Source: Pseudomonadota bacterium (GTDB lineage Bacteria; Pseudomonadota; Gammaproteobacteria; Burkholderiales; Burkholderiaceae_D). Taken from it: a DNA stretch of 64,000 nucleotides. Within the stretch, counting starts at the first letter, position 1, and the number at the start of each line of letters is the position of its first letter. Position numbers and translations under genes: made by a program. Where the stretch lies: the NCBI GenBank assembly GCA_040390485.1, contig JAZJYH010000044.1:698-64697 (forward strand), given 5' to 3'. Under the pieces are notes generated by a model, which was given only the letters and a program-made list of their open reading frames with translations, was not told the origin of the DNA and did no database searches. Below, piece after piece: positions 48,878 through 58,364 of this stretch.

Positions 48878-49422
48878 GTCATGAACTCAATGTTCCTGAA
48901 CCGAGCGGAATGTTCAGCGTTGCAAACAGCTTTGCAAATGTATGCCCTTCGTAGCGCCAAGCGTGTGCCGCGCCTTGAGCTTACTTCACTGCAAGATTGC
49001 GGCTAACGCAAGAGCCGGCTCCATCACCCACCAAACAAGGCATATGAAATGTGCAAGCCAGCATTTTTTTGCAAAAACTTTACGCCTTGCAACACAAAAA
49101 AATAATTATCTCGATCAATCACAGCGGCAAAGCGAGCCGTCAACTGTCGATATTAAGGCCAAAAAAGTGAATTTATCCGATTTTTTTTGTGAATTCAATT
49201 GTTGCGATTGAAATTACACAAATTTTGAAAAACTTTGTCAATCATTGTCACAAGCCAACGCACAAATTTGTAATAGTTTGTAATCGTGCCTACACTGAGT
49301 TCGCAGGGAAGTGGAAAACGTGATGGTGAGCAACTTACTTTCACGAGGCGCAAGCAGCGAAACGGAACTCTGCAAAAGCAAGGCCTGGTGTAATTCACTT
49401 TTATAAAATTAGGGAGTTAATC

Positions 49423-49599
49423 ATGAATGCTATAAAGAAGTTCTTCAGGGAAGAGGACGGCGCAGCGGCAGTTGAATACGGCCTGCTGGTTGCCTTGATC
49501 GCTGCCATTATTGTTGCTACTGTGAAAATTCTGGGCACCGTGATCCTGGGCGCGTTCAAAACCGTATGTAACGCCATCACTACCGGCGCTTGTCCTTAA
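49423..49599 (+). CDS. flp: Flp pilin 1 (58 aa; absent from the ORF track)
   Basis: MNAIKKFFREEDG/AAAVEYGLLVALIAAIIV..CNAITTGACP; RBS AGGGAG. Confidence 0.93.
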   Translation: MNAIKKFFREEDGAAAVEYGLLVALIAAIIVATVKILGTVILGAFKTVCNAITTGACP

Positions 49600-49610
49600 G
49601 GAGCATGATC

Positions 49611-49787
49611 ATGAACTCCATTTTGCAATTCTTGAAAGAAGAAGACGGTGCAGCGGCAGTTGAATACGGCCTGCTGGTTGCCTTGATCGCCGCCATCATC
49701 GTTGCTACTGTGAAAATTCTGGGCACCGTGATCCTGGGCGCGTTCAAAACCGTATGCAACGCCATCACTACCGGGGCTTGTCCTTAA
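49611..49787 (+). CDS. flp: Flp pilin 2 (mature sequence identical to pilin 1)
   Basis: MNSILQFLKEEDG/AAAVEYGLL..; RBS AAGGAG overlaps the previous stop. Confidence 0.93.
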   Translation: MNSILQFLKEEDGAAAVEYGLLVALIAAIIVATVKILGTVILGAFKTVCNAITTGACP

Positions 49788-49798
49788 GGAGCATGACC

Positions 49799-49975
49799 GT
49801 GAACTCCATCTTGCAATTCTTAAAAGAAGAGGAAGGCGCGGCGGCAGTTGAGTATGGCCTATTGGTTGCATTGATCGCCGCCATCATTGTTGCTACGGTA
49901 AAGATCCTGGGGACCGTCATCCTGGATGCATTTAAAACCGTGTGCAATGCCATCACTACCGGCGCTTGCCCTTAA
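49799..49975 (+). CDS. flp: Flp pilin 3 (GTG start; one G-to-D change in the mature part)
   Basis: VNSILQFLKEEEG/AAAVEYGLL..ILDAFKTVCNAITTGACP; 188-bp period. Confidence 0.93.
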   Translation: MNSILQFLKEEEGAAAVEYGLLVALIAAIIVATVKILGTVILDAFKTVCNAITTGACP

Positions 49976-50022
49976 GGCAACATGCTAATAGGCCAAGCAA
50001 TTGCTGTATGCAATAGAAAGAC

Positions 50023-50061
50023 ACCCCGCCTGCTCAACATGATTCAAGAGCGGTGCGGGGT
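50023..50061 (+). promoter_or_regulatory. Intergenic stem-loop between flp3 and flp4
   Basis: ACCCCGC-CTGCTC..GAGCGG-T-GCGGGGT. Confidence 0.5.
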
Positions 50062-50089
50062 AGTTTGATGCAATTGAAGGAGCGGAATC

Positions 50090-50278
50090 ATGGCACACCA
50101 GCTAATCTCGGCGTTACTAAAATTTCGCGACGATGAGCGAGGCGCATCAGCAATTGAATATGCGCTGCTGGTCTCCCTGATTGCAGCGGTGATAGCGGCA
50201 GTGGTCGGCGTGCTGGGCGCGCAAATTAAAGCCGCCTATTGTGCGTTCGTGACGGCCATGGCAGGCAGTTGCCCTTAG
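50090..50278 (+). CDS. flp: Flp pilin 4 (divergent paralog)
   Basis: DDERG/ASAIEYALLVSLIAAVI..YCAFVTAMAGSCP; RBS AAGGAG. Confidence 0.9.
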   Translation: MAHQLISALLKFRDDERGASAIEYALLVSLIAAVIAAVVGVLGAQIKAAYCAFVTAMAGSCP

Positions 50279-50421
50279 CGCTTACTGTAGTTTAAGTAGT
50301 TTGAAGAATGAAACGGAATTAGCGACGCCAGTTGCTGATCGCATTGTTGCGCGCTGATTCTATACAGATGCTGATTTCTTGTCGATACCAGAAAATTCCT
50401 GTTATCCGGGTGTAATTCAAA

Positions 50422-51036
50422 ATGGACATTCTGACCCCTGCCCTGGTTGCCGATAGTGTTGTCGGGCTATTGTGCGCGCTGCTGCTGGTTGCGGTCTGGA
50501 CTGACGTAAAAGGCCATCGCATACCGAATCGCCTGGTCTTTGCCGGCGCCGCACTGGGGATCTTGCTGAACACTTTCCTGCCGGAAGGCCGCGGCTTCGT
50601 CAGCATCCTGCCGGGTGCATTGGGATTCTGGAGCGCCCTGGCAGGTATGGTCCTGGGTGTCGCCATCCCCTTACCCATGTATGCATTGCGGGCGATGGGC
50701 GCCGGCGACGTCAAGCTGATGGCGATGGTCGGTGCCTTCCTGGGGCCACTCGCACTAGGTATCGCGACCTTGCTGATTTTTATCATCGGCGGCGTACTGT
50801 CCATGCTGACCGCCCTGCGCTACGGCACCCTGGGCTTGCTAATCAGCAACGTACGCACCATCATGCTGAGCAGTTTTTTCAAGGCGGTCTTACATGAAAT
50901 GCCGGTAGTGGATAGCGCGCCGGTGTCGGCCGGCAAGATGCCCTACGGCGTCGCCATTGCTGCAGGAACCTATTTGTACATCGTGCTGGCAAACAACGGT
51001 TACCTGGATTTTATCCGTGCGATGTTTGTAAAATAA
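50422..51036 (+). CDS. cpaA: Prepilin peptidase (A24)
   Basis: WTDVKGHRIPNRL, MGAGDVKLMAMVGAFLG, MPYGVAIAAG. Confidence 0.9.
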   Translation: MDILTPALVADSVVGLLCALLLVAVWTDVKGHRIPNRLVFAGAALGILLNTFLPEGRGFVSILPGALGFWSALAGMVLGVAIPLPMYALRAMGAGDVKLMAMVGAFLGPLALGIATLLIFIIGGVLSMLTALRYGTLGLLISNVRTIMLSSFFKAVLHEMPVVDSAPVSAGKMPYGVAIAAGTYLYIVLANNGYLDFIRAMFVK

Positions 51037-51117
51037 TTTAAATGTTGCAAAATTTATAAATGCAGTAAAGACTATCAAGGCTGGAAAAAATCACCGCACT
51101 GCAAAGGAGGTGGATTC

Positions 51118-52479
51118 GTGGCGACAATAAGTTTGGTCGAAAATGTGGGGACTGATGCGGGCGGTACACCTGCGCACATCCTCCCGCAACCACGTACAGT
51201 GGAAGATACCGGACTGGATTTTTTATTCCTGACCGAACTCTCCTGCAAAATCCTGTTCCTGCGCGGCAGGACCAGTCTGCTCGATCTGTCAGCGCACATC
51301 AAACTGCCCGTCTCCGTGCTGGAAATCGTTCTCGATTTCATGCGCGCCGAACACTTATGCGAACTGGTCAGCCGCGGCGACAGCAGCGGCAGCACCTTCT
51401 TCCAGCTATCCGATACCGGGCGCGCACGCGCTGGGGATTTTTTACGGCGCTGCCAATATGCGGGCCCGGCGCCGGTAAGCCTGGATGCCTACGCAGCGCA
51501 AATCCGCCGCCAGTCCATCCGCCACCTGCGCTATACGCGGGAAATCATGGCCGCCGGATTTGACGGCATCATCATGCAGGAAAAGGTTTTGGACCAACTG
51601 GGTGCAGCGATGAACTCCAGCCGTGCCATCATCATCTACGGTCCCGCCGGCAGTGGCAAAACCTATATCGCAGAACACCTGACCAGCCTGCTGTCGGATG
51701 TGGTCGCCATTCCCTACGCGATCCTGGTCGACAATGAAATCATCCAGCTGTTCGACCCGCACGTCCATGAGCTGATGCAGCAGCCGGCTGCTCCCGTCAC
51801 TAACCTGGCCCGCAGGCCGGGCGCCGATGCGCGTTGGCTGGTGTGCAAGAGACCGGTAGTGATCACCGGCGGCGAGCTGACCATGGAAACCCTGGATCTC
51901 GATTTCGACGACGGCACCCGTTACTACCAGGCCCCGCCGCATGTGAAGGCCAACAGCGGCCTGTTCGTGGTCGACGACCTGGGGCGGCAAAAGGTCTCCC
52001 CGCAAGAATTGATGAACCGCTGGATCGTCCCGCTGGATCGCGGCCGCGATTACCTGACCCTGCATACCGGCTACAAGTTCCAGATTCCTTTCGATGTGAT
52101 CGTGGTGTTTTCATCGAACAATGACCCGGCCACGATGACCGACGAAGCTTTCCTGCGTCGGCTCGGCTACAAGATCCATATCGGGCCGCTGAACGAAGAA
52201 CAATACCGGCGCGTATTCAGGCAGGTGTGCGACGAACTGGCGATCCCGTTTTCCGCTGCTGCCCTGGACTACCTGCTGCAGCAACACCACTACAAGGAAA
52301 ACCGGCCGCTGCTGGCTTGTTATCCGCGCGACTTGCTGGGACAGATCAGGGACCTGGCAATCTATGAGAGCCAGTCGCCGACACTCACTACCGAAACGCT
52401 GGACTGGGCATGGAATAATTATTTCACGCCAGACCAGAGAGCGGCCGGCAAGCAGGCGATGGAAAATAGCAATGACTGA
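51118..52479 (+). CDS. AAA+-like ATPase of unknown function within the Tad locus
   Basis: N-terminal wHTH-like segment; Walker A GPAGSGKT; Walker B LFVVDDLGRQ; DEAFLRRL. Confidence 0.75.
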   Translation: MATISLVENVGTDAGGTPAHILPQPRTVEDTGLDFLFLTELSCKILFLRGRTSLLDLSAHIKLPVSVLEIVLDFMRAEHLCELVSRGDSSGSTFFQLSDTGRARAGDFLRRCQYAGPAPVSLDAYAAQIRRQSIRHLRYTREIMAAGFDGIIMQEKVLDQLGAAMNSSRAIIIYGPAGSGKTYIAEHLTSLLSDVVAIPYAILVDNEIIQLFDPHVHELMQQPAAPVTNLARRPGADARWLVCKRPVVITGGELTMETLDLDFDDGTRYYQAPPHVKANSGLFVVDDLGRQKVSPQELMNRWIVPLDRGRDYLTLHTGYKFQIPFDVIVVFSSNNDPATMTDEAFLRRLGYKIHIGPLNEEQYRRVFRQVCDELAIPFSAAALDYLLQQHHYKENRPLLACYPRDLLGQIRDLAIYESQSPTLTTETLDWAWNNYFTPDQRAAGKQAMENSND

Positions 52480-52532
52480 CGACGATCGATTCACCGGTTT
52501 AGGAATCGAATTACAGAAAAGCAGGGGGAGCC

Positions 52533-53390
52533 ATGAAAAGCAGCAGAGCACTACTAATGATAGGCGCATCCATCGTCATTGCATTGTTGGCGGTAGTACT
52601 GGCGACGCGCTGGATTTCCGAGCAGGCCAGCCTTGCCACCAATAAGGTCGTGGTGGCGGCGGTCGACGTCAACCTGGGAACCCGGCTAACGCCCGAAATG
52701 ATCAAGCTGGCCGACTGGCCCGCCGGCAGCGTGCAGAAAGATAGTTTTAACGACATCAAGGTGCTCGATACCCGCGTCACCCGCGTCGCCCTGCAACGCG
52801 GCGAACCGCTGACAGAATCCAAGCTGGCGCAACGCGGCGCCACCGGCGGCCTGTCGGCCGTGGTGGCAGAAGGCAAGCGCGCGATGACGGTGCGCGTCAA
52901 CGACGTGGTCGGGGTCGCCGGCTTTGCACTACCGGGCAACTTCGTCGATATCCTGGTCAGCACCCAGGAAGAAAACAGCAAGGGTGCGGCCAAGGACCTG
53001 AATATCTCCAAATTGGTGCTGGAGCGGATACTGGTGCTGGCCGTCGCGCAGGAAGCCAGCCAGAGCGACACCAAGCCCAAGGTGGTCAATGCTGTCACTC
53101 TGGAGGTCACTCCCGAGCAAGCCGAAAAACTGGATCTGGCGCGCAGCGTAGGCCAATTGTCGCTGGTGCTGCGCAACCAGGTGGACCTGAAGCCTACATT
53201 GACAGTCGGCGCCACCAAGCAAAGCCTGCTATACGCCGTGCCGGCGTCGGTGGCGGCTGCCATTGCGCAAAAAGTACCGGAAAAAATCGTCATCAGGCCG
53301 AGACTTGTGGAGGTCAAAGTCGCAGCCGCGCCGCGCGAGGAATGCCAGCAAATCATGACCGGCTCCGGCCGCATCACGCAGTGCCACTGA
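52533..53390 (+). CDS. cpaB: Flp pilus assembly protein CpaB/RcpC
   Basis: SAF domain; GKRAMTVRVNDVVGVAGFALPGNFVDILV; VTLEVTPEQAEKL. Confidence 0.93.
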   Translation: MKSSRALLMIGASIVIALLAVVLATRWISEQASLATNKVVVAAVDVNLGTRLTPEMIKLADWPAGSVQKDSFNDIKVLDTRVTRVALQRGEPLTESKLAQRGATGGLSAVVAEGKRAMTVRVNDVVGVAGFALPGNFVDILVSTQEENSKGAAKDLNISKLVLERILVLAVAQEASQSDTKPKVVNAVTLEVTPEQAEKLDLARSVGQLSLVLRNQVDLKPTLTVGATKQSLLYAVPASVAAAIAQKVPEKIVIRPRLVEVKVAAAPREECQQIMTGSGRITQCH

Positions 53391-53469
53391 TTGTTGCAAG
53401 CGCACAGGAATAAAGCGAAAAAACCGCGAAAAATATTACGCAAGTAACCGCCGCAACGGGGAGAAGAAG

Positions 53470-55164
53470 ATGAAGAAGAACCAGATGGCAGGGATGGCAG
53501 CAAACATCAGGATCAGGCCGGGACTGGCAGTGACGACGATCGGCGCCGTATTGGGCATGGCCATGGCGGCGTATGCGCAAACCGGGGTGGAAACCGCCGT
53601 CTTGCTGAACCAGGCTCCTCGCCCTTCCCCCGTCAACCCTACCGCCATGGCAGCGGCCGCGCCCACAACATCAGCGGCAAAGGCCCCGGCCAAGAGTGCC
53701 GCCACGGCCGCGCCTTGCGGCATTACGCCGGTCTGCACGGGTGAGTTTTCACCGACCAAATACGTCAACCTTCCCGAAGGAAAATCGGGCCTGCTCGATT
53801 TGCAGCAGCTGAACCTGCCCACGCCCGCGCGGCTGTGCCTGAGCGGCGATCCGGAAGTGGTACAGGTAGAGCCGCTGTTTTCGGCAACGCCGCGCGGCAG
53901 CTTCTTCCTGTTCGGCAAAAACATCGGTTCAACCAACCTGATGTTCCAGAGCAAGGAAGGACGCTGCGCGATGGTGGAAGTCACGGTCGCGGTGGATACC
54001 GGCTCGGTGCAATCGAAACTGACCCAGCTGATGCCGGAAGAAAAAAATATCAGGGTCAGCGCAGCCGCTGATTCCCTAGTCCTGAGCGGCACCGTGGCCG
54101 ACTCCATGGCGGTTGACCAGGCAGTCGCCATTTCCCGCGCCTACCTGCGCAAGGATTGGCGCAAGACCGGCGGCGGTGCTGGTGGTGCTGGCGGAGGCGG
54201 AGGCGGCGGTGGTGGCGGTGGTGGCGGCAGCGCGGGTGGCGACGAAAGGATAGTGAACATGCTATCGGTCGCGGCGCCGCAGCAGGTGATGCTGGAGGTA
54301 AAGGTGGCCGAGGTGTCCAAGACCTTGCTCGATCAACTCGGCGTTGGAGTCACCGCACGTACCTTCGGCGGCAGCTGGGGATATACCCTGCTGTCCAATT
54401 TCCTGACCGGCTCCGCCGGTGGCCTGCTGGATGCAAAAAAATCCAACGGCTCGCAAATCACCCTGGAAGCGCAAAAGAAAGACGGCCTGGTGCGCATACT
54501 TGCTGAACCTACCGTGATGGCAATCAGCGGTCAGGAAGGCAGTTTCCTGGCCGGCGGAAAAATCTTCATCCCTGTAGCGCAAGACATAGGCGGCAAAATC
54601 ACGCTGGAAGAAAAGGAGTTCGGTGTCGGACTCAAGTTCACCCCTACCGTGCTGGCCGGTGGCCGCATCAACATCCGGGTCGCGCCTGAAGTGTCCGAGC
54701 TTTCACGCGAAGGCATAGGCATCAGCGCCGTCGGCATCTCCGGCACCAGCATTTTGCCTTTGATCACCACGCGGCGCGCAGCCACCACTGTGCAACTGCA
54801 TGACGGTCAAAGCTTTGCCATCGGCGGGCTGATCAAGAACAACGTGACGACCAATATCAAGGGCCTGCCCTTGCTGGGCGAAATTCCTGTGCTGGGCGCG
54901 TTATTCCGCAGCACGGACTTCCAGCAGGACAAGACAGAATTATTGTTTGTGATCACGCCGCACCTGGTGCAGCCGCTTCCTGCCAATTATGCACTGCCTA
55001 CCGATAACGCGATCAACCCCAGCCGTGCCGACCTGTTCCTGATGGGCCGCCTGGAAGGCAAACCGGTTGAACCCGCACCACAGGCAGCGAAGCAGCCAGC
55101 CGCGCCGAAAATGGACGAAGACAAGAACCAGCCCAAGGGCCCGTCCGGCTTTGAGCTGAAATAA
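53470..55164 (+). CDS. cpaC: Tad secretin CpaC/RcpA
   Basis: QQVMLEVKVAEV, LAEPTVMAISGQEGSFLAGG, EFGVGL, PVLGALFRS, TELLFVITP; poly-Gly linker. Confidence 0.93.
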   Translation: MKKNQMAGMAANIRIRPGLAVTTIGAVLGMAMAAYAQTGVETAVLLNQAPRPSPVNPTAMAAAAPTTSAAKAPAKSAATAAPCGITPVCTGEFSPTKYVNLPEGKSGLLDLQQLNLPTPARLCLSGDPEVVQVEPLFSATPRGSFFLFGKNIGSTNLMFQSKEGRCAMVEVTVAVDTGSVQSKLTQLMPEEKNIRVSAAADSLVLSGTVADSMAVDQAVAISRAYLRKDWRKTGGGAGGAGGGGGGGGGGGGGSAGGDERIVNMLSVAAPQQVMLEVKVAEVSKTLLDQLGVGVTARTFGGSWGYTLLSNFLTGSAGGLLDAKKSNGSQITLEAQKKDGLVRILAEPTVMAISGQEGSFLAGGKIFIPVAQDIGGKITLEEKEFGVGLKFTPTVLAGGRINIRVAPEVSELSREGIGISAVGISGTSILPLITTRRAATTVQLHDGQSFAIGGLIKNNVTTNIKGLPLLGEIPVLGALFRSTDFQQDKTELLFVITPHLVQPLPANYALPTDNAINPSRADLFLMGRLEGKPVEPAPQAAKQPAAPKMDEDKNQPKGPSGFELK

Positions 55165-55174
55165 GGAGATCATC

Positions 55175-55540
55175 ATGACTCACCTGAATACCGATGCAGG
55201 GCGACTCGCACCGTCCGCCCCTGACGTAAAAGCAACATCGGCAATATCGGCAATATCGGCAATACCGCGCTTGCTTAAACTACCGGCGCTGGCCGCATTG
55301 CTGGCATTGACGGCCTGTGCGCAGACTACGCCGCGCGCCGACGCCGTCTTCGGCGACACGGTCAGGGTCGCCGTCGCCAGGCAAACCATGAACCCGGACG
55401 CCTCTAAAAACACCGACCCGGTCAGCGGCATGGACGCCAGGGCCGCCCGCGACGGCCTGGACCGCTATCACAAATCGTTCAAGGAACCGGCCCCGCATCC
55501 TAGCGTATTTACCATCGGTGTCGGCAGCGGCGGCGGTTAG
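55175..55540 (+). CDS. Small Tad-associated lipoprotein
   Basis: Lipobox LTAC; DPVSGMDARAA..RYHKSF; 3x 9-bp repeat TCGGCAATA (SAI x3) at 55238-55264. Confidence 0.7.
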   Translation: MTHLNTDAGRLAPSAPDVKATSAISAISAIPRLLKLPALAALLALTACAQTTPRADAVFGDTVRVAVARQTMNPDASKNTDPVSGMDARAARDGLDRYHKSFKEPAPHPSVFTIGVGSGGG

Positions 55541-55615
55541 CCGGCCGAACCTAGCAGCGGCAACAGCAACAGCAACAGATGTAAGCAGCATAGCAACAAG
55601 CAAGGAGGCACCGTC

Positions 55616-57094
55616 ATGAAACGTCCATCGCCTGCGAACCACCTGCAACGCGGCAGCGTCGCCATCATGCTGGCGCTATGCCTGGCCGTTTTGTTCGGCT
55701 TCATGGGCTTGGCAGTAGACCTGTCGCAAACCTATGACCGCAAGACCGAGTTGCAGAATATCGCAGATGCAGCGGCGCTGGCAGGGGCAAAGGAATTGAA
55801 TGGGCAGTTAAGCGGCATCAATAATGCGATCACAAAAGCGCAAACATTCGCACAAAGTAACTCTTACAAATTCGGCAGTGCCCAGGTGGTCTTGAACGAG
55901 GCCTCCATCAAGTTCAGCGATTCCCCTGATACCGCCGATGCCAGCTGGCTCGACGCCAGCGCGGCAAAGGCCAGTCCAGTGGGGCTGTTTTTCGTAAAAA
56001 TAGATACCCGCGCCATTGCCAGCCCCTCCGATGTCGGCACGGTCAATACCAAGTTCATCAAGGCTGTGTCCGCGGCGACCACCACCACCGGCGCCTATGG
56101 CCGCGCGGTGGCCGGCAGGTTTGCGATAACCGTGACACCTATCGGCGTCTGCGCCGCCGATCCCGACCATGAAACCCTCAACGTGCCGCATGCCGGCTTG
56201 CCGGACGAATTGATGGAATACGGTTTCCGGCGCGGCCTGGCCTACGACATCGTCAACCTCGACCCGCTCGGCTCATCGCCGGTAAAATACCAGCTGAACC
56301 CGCTGGACGTGGCGACCAGCGCCAGCGACTCTAGCTGTAATCCGGCCAATAGCAGCACGTCCACCATGAAGCCCTTCATCTGCAGCGGCTCTTCCAACAT
56401 CGTCATTACGCTACCTGGCTATGCATTTACCAATACAGGCATGTCGGCCGCGCTGAATGCGCAATTCAATGCCCGTTTTACCTCCGGTGGCGTATGCACC
56501 GTGCCGCCTGACGCCAATGTCAAGGAATACCCGCCCAGCGTGGCGGCGCCGGCAGCGGGAACGGGCTGGATGACGCCTACAGCTCCAGTGCTCAATGCAC
56601 AGACCGTCAAGTTGCTCAGCGCCAGGCCTTTCTACCTGACCGCCACCCCTACCGCCACCAAGGCCAGCGACTGGGGTGTGCTGTGGTCGTACAATGCCGC
56701 CGTCAAATACGCCCCGCCCCACGACCCTTACACCACGGCCGACTGGCCGCTGCTGTATCCGGTGGTCCCGCCGACAGCGCCGACCACCCCGTCGGCCAAT
56801 GGGAATTACCCTGCCGCGCCGAAAAACCCCTACGACCAGACTAGCGGAACCTTCTACCAGGCCGGCACAGGCGCACGCGACCGGCGCGTGCTGAACGTCG
56901 TCATTGCCGATTGCCGCCCATCAGGGCTCGGCGGTGGCGGCAGTTGCTCCACCATCAAAGTGCTGGGTGTAGGAAAATTTTTCATGACGATACAGGCCGA
57001 TGTATCCAAGGCCAGCGACGCGCTGGACGCCGAATTTGCCGGCTTGATACCGGACAACGCCATACTCACCAAAGAAATCAGGCTCTACAAATGA
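55616..57094 (+). CDS. tadG: TadG-like pseudopilin/adhesin
   Basis: QRG/SVAIMLALCLAVLFGFMGLAVD, ELQNIADAAALAGA; Pro/Thr/Cys-rich C-terminal region. Confidence 0.8.
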   Translation: MKRPSPANHLQRGSVAIMLALCLAVLFGFMGLAVDLSQTYDRKTELQNIADAAALAGAKELNGQLSGINNAITKAQTFAQSNSYKFGSAQVVLNEASIKFSDSPDTADASWLDASAAKASPVGLFFVKIDTRAIASPSDVGTVNTKFIKAVSAATTTTGAYGRAVAGRFAITVTPIGVCAADPDHETLNVPHAGLPDELMEYGFRRGLAYDIVNLDPLGSSPVKYQLNPLDVATSASDSSCNPANSSTSTMKPFICSGSSNIVITLPGYAFTNTGMSAALNAQFNARFTSGGVCTVPPDANVKEYPPSVAAPAAGTGWMTPTAPVLNAQTVKLLSARPFYLTATPTATKASDWGVLWSYNAAVKYAPPHDPYTTADWPLLYPVVPPTAPTTPSANGNYPAAPKNPYDQTSGTFYQAGTGARDRRVLNVVIADCRPSGLGGGGSCSTIKVLGVGKFFMTIQADVSKASDALDAEFAGLIPDNAILTKEIRLYK

Positions 57095-57585
57095 AAACGT
57101 CCTTCCACCTACCCCGCAACACCCGGCCGGCCGCACATCGCGCACAGCACGGTGCGGCCGTGGTGGAGCTGGCCATCGTACTGGTGCTGATGAGCTTGCT
57201 GTCGGCCGGCATTTTTGAATTCTCGCGCGCCTTCTGGTACTACAATGCGCTGGACAAGGCTACCCGCGACGCCGCCCGCTATGTGTCGGCGTTGCCCGCC
57301 ACCGACCTGTCCACCAGCAGCAACGTGACGGCCATTACCACTAATGCAAAGACACTGGTGATGACCGCCGTCAACGGCTCCAATGTCAGCCCGGCACTGA
57401 CGAGCTCGAACGTCAGCGTCAGTTGGGACTGCACTCCACCTTGCGCGGGCATCACCAAGCCGACCTGGGTCCAGGTCAGCATCACCGGTTACAACATCAC
57501 CATAGGCAGCACCCTGCCTTTGATCGGCATGGGCAGCGGCACGGTGACTTTGCAGCCCTTCACCCAGATGCGTTACATGAATTAG
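57091..57585 (+). CDS. tadE: TadE-like pseudopilin
   Basis: QHG/AAVVELAIVL, ATRDAARY; ATGA overlap with tadG. Confidence 0.87.
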   Translation: MKTSFHLPRNTRPAAHRAQHGAAVVELAIVLVLMSLLSAGIFEFSRAFWYYNALDKATRDAARYVSALPATDLSTSSNVTAITTNAKTLVMTAVNGSNVSPALTSSNVSVSWDCTPPCAGITKPTWVQVSITGYNITIGSTLPLIGMGSGTVTLQPFTQMRYMN

Positions 57586-57593
57586 GCTGCGAC

Positions 57594-58199
57594 ATGAGAC
57601 CAGAATCCACACACTCATCCTCATCCCGGCGCGGCGCGACGACGGTGGAAATGGCGTTGGTGCTGACGGTGTTCGTGATCTTGCTGTTCGCCGCGATGGA
57701 ATTGGGGCGCGCAATGTATCTGTGGAACACCTTGCAGCACGTCACGCGGCAAGCCGCACGCGACGCCACCGTGACCGATTTCACGGACGCCAGCGCAATG
57801 GCGGTGGTAAAGCAAAACGCTATATTCCGAGGCATAACAGGCACCAATCCCGGCGCACTGATAGCCGCGCCGGAAATCACTGATGCATCGATCAGGATTA
57901 CTTATCACAGCATAGATGCCGCCGGCGCACTGCACGATGTCGATCTTACCACCACCGCGACCTGCCCACCCAAGGTGGTGACGGATTGCGTGAGCGATCC
58001 TAACGGAGCCACCTGCATACGCTTCGTGCAGGTTCGCATCTGCGATCCGTCCAATGCGGCCGCATGCAATCCGGTCAAATACCAGGCCATGGTGCTACCT
58101 GCTTTTATTGCCGGCTTTGCCAATCTGTATCTGCCGATATCGCCGTCGATATTGCCGGCGGAAAGCCTGGGATTCCGGCCGTCGTCGCCGAGCTGTTAA
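57594..58199 (+). CDS. Second TadE/TadF-like pseudopilin
   Basis: RRG/ATTVEMALVL, VTRQAARDA; several Cys. Confidence 0.85.
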   Translation: MRPESTHSSSSRRGATTVEMALVLTVFVILLFAAMELGRAMYLWNTLQHVTRQAARDATVTDFTDASAMAVVKQNAIFRGITGTNPGALIAAPEITDASIRITYHSIDAAGALHDVDLTTTATCPPKVVTDCVSDPNGATCIRFVQVRICDPSNAAACNPVKYQAMVLPAFIAGFANLYLPISPSILPAESLGFRPSSPSC

Positions 58200-58364
58200 A
58201 GCAGATGCAGAGACAAGATGCAGGCAGAGGATGCAGGCAGAGTGCAGATAGGATGGGGGCAGGAATGTTGAATATTGAAATTGGCAGAACGAACTGCGCA
58301 CCGGATTCAGGGCAGCCCCGTTTTGCACCGACCACCGTAACCAGGATATTGACAGGCAAAGAAA

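Noticed and set aside
49236-49252. TGT-N11-ACA site (TGTCAATCATTGTCACA) upstream of flp1 as a shared enhancer
   Set aside because: No GG-N10-GC sigma54 box was found between it and flp1, and it lacks the TCGA core of the PEP-CTERM sites.
49298-49420. Structured RNA or RsmA/CsrA-site cluster in the flp leader (GAGTTC/GAACTC pairing, several GGA)
   Set aside because: Pairing is short, there is no second copy for covariation, and GGA frequency is not clearly above chance.
49423-49975. 188-bp periodic repeat as a possible CRISPR or non-coding array
   Set aside because: Each unit is a complete flp gene with RBS; there are no unique spacers or cas genes.
54165-54245. Poly-Gly codon run in cpaC as a phase-variable tract
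   Set aside because: Mixed GGC/GGT/GGA codons in frame; length changes would not shift the frame, so it is a flexible linker.
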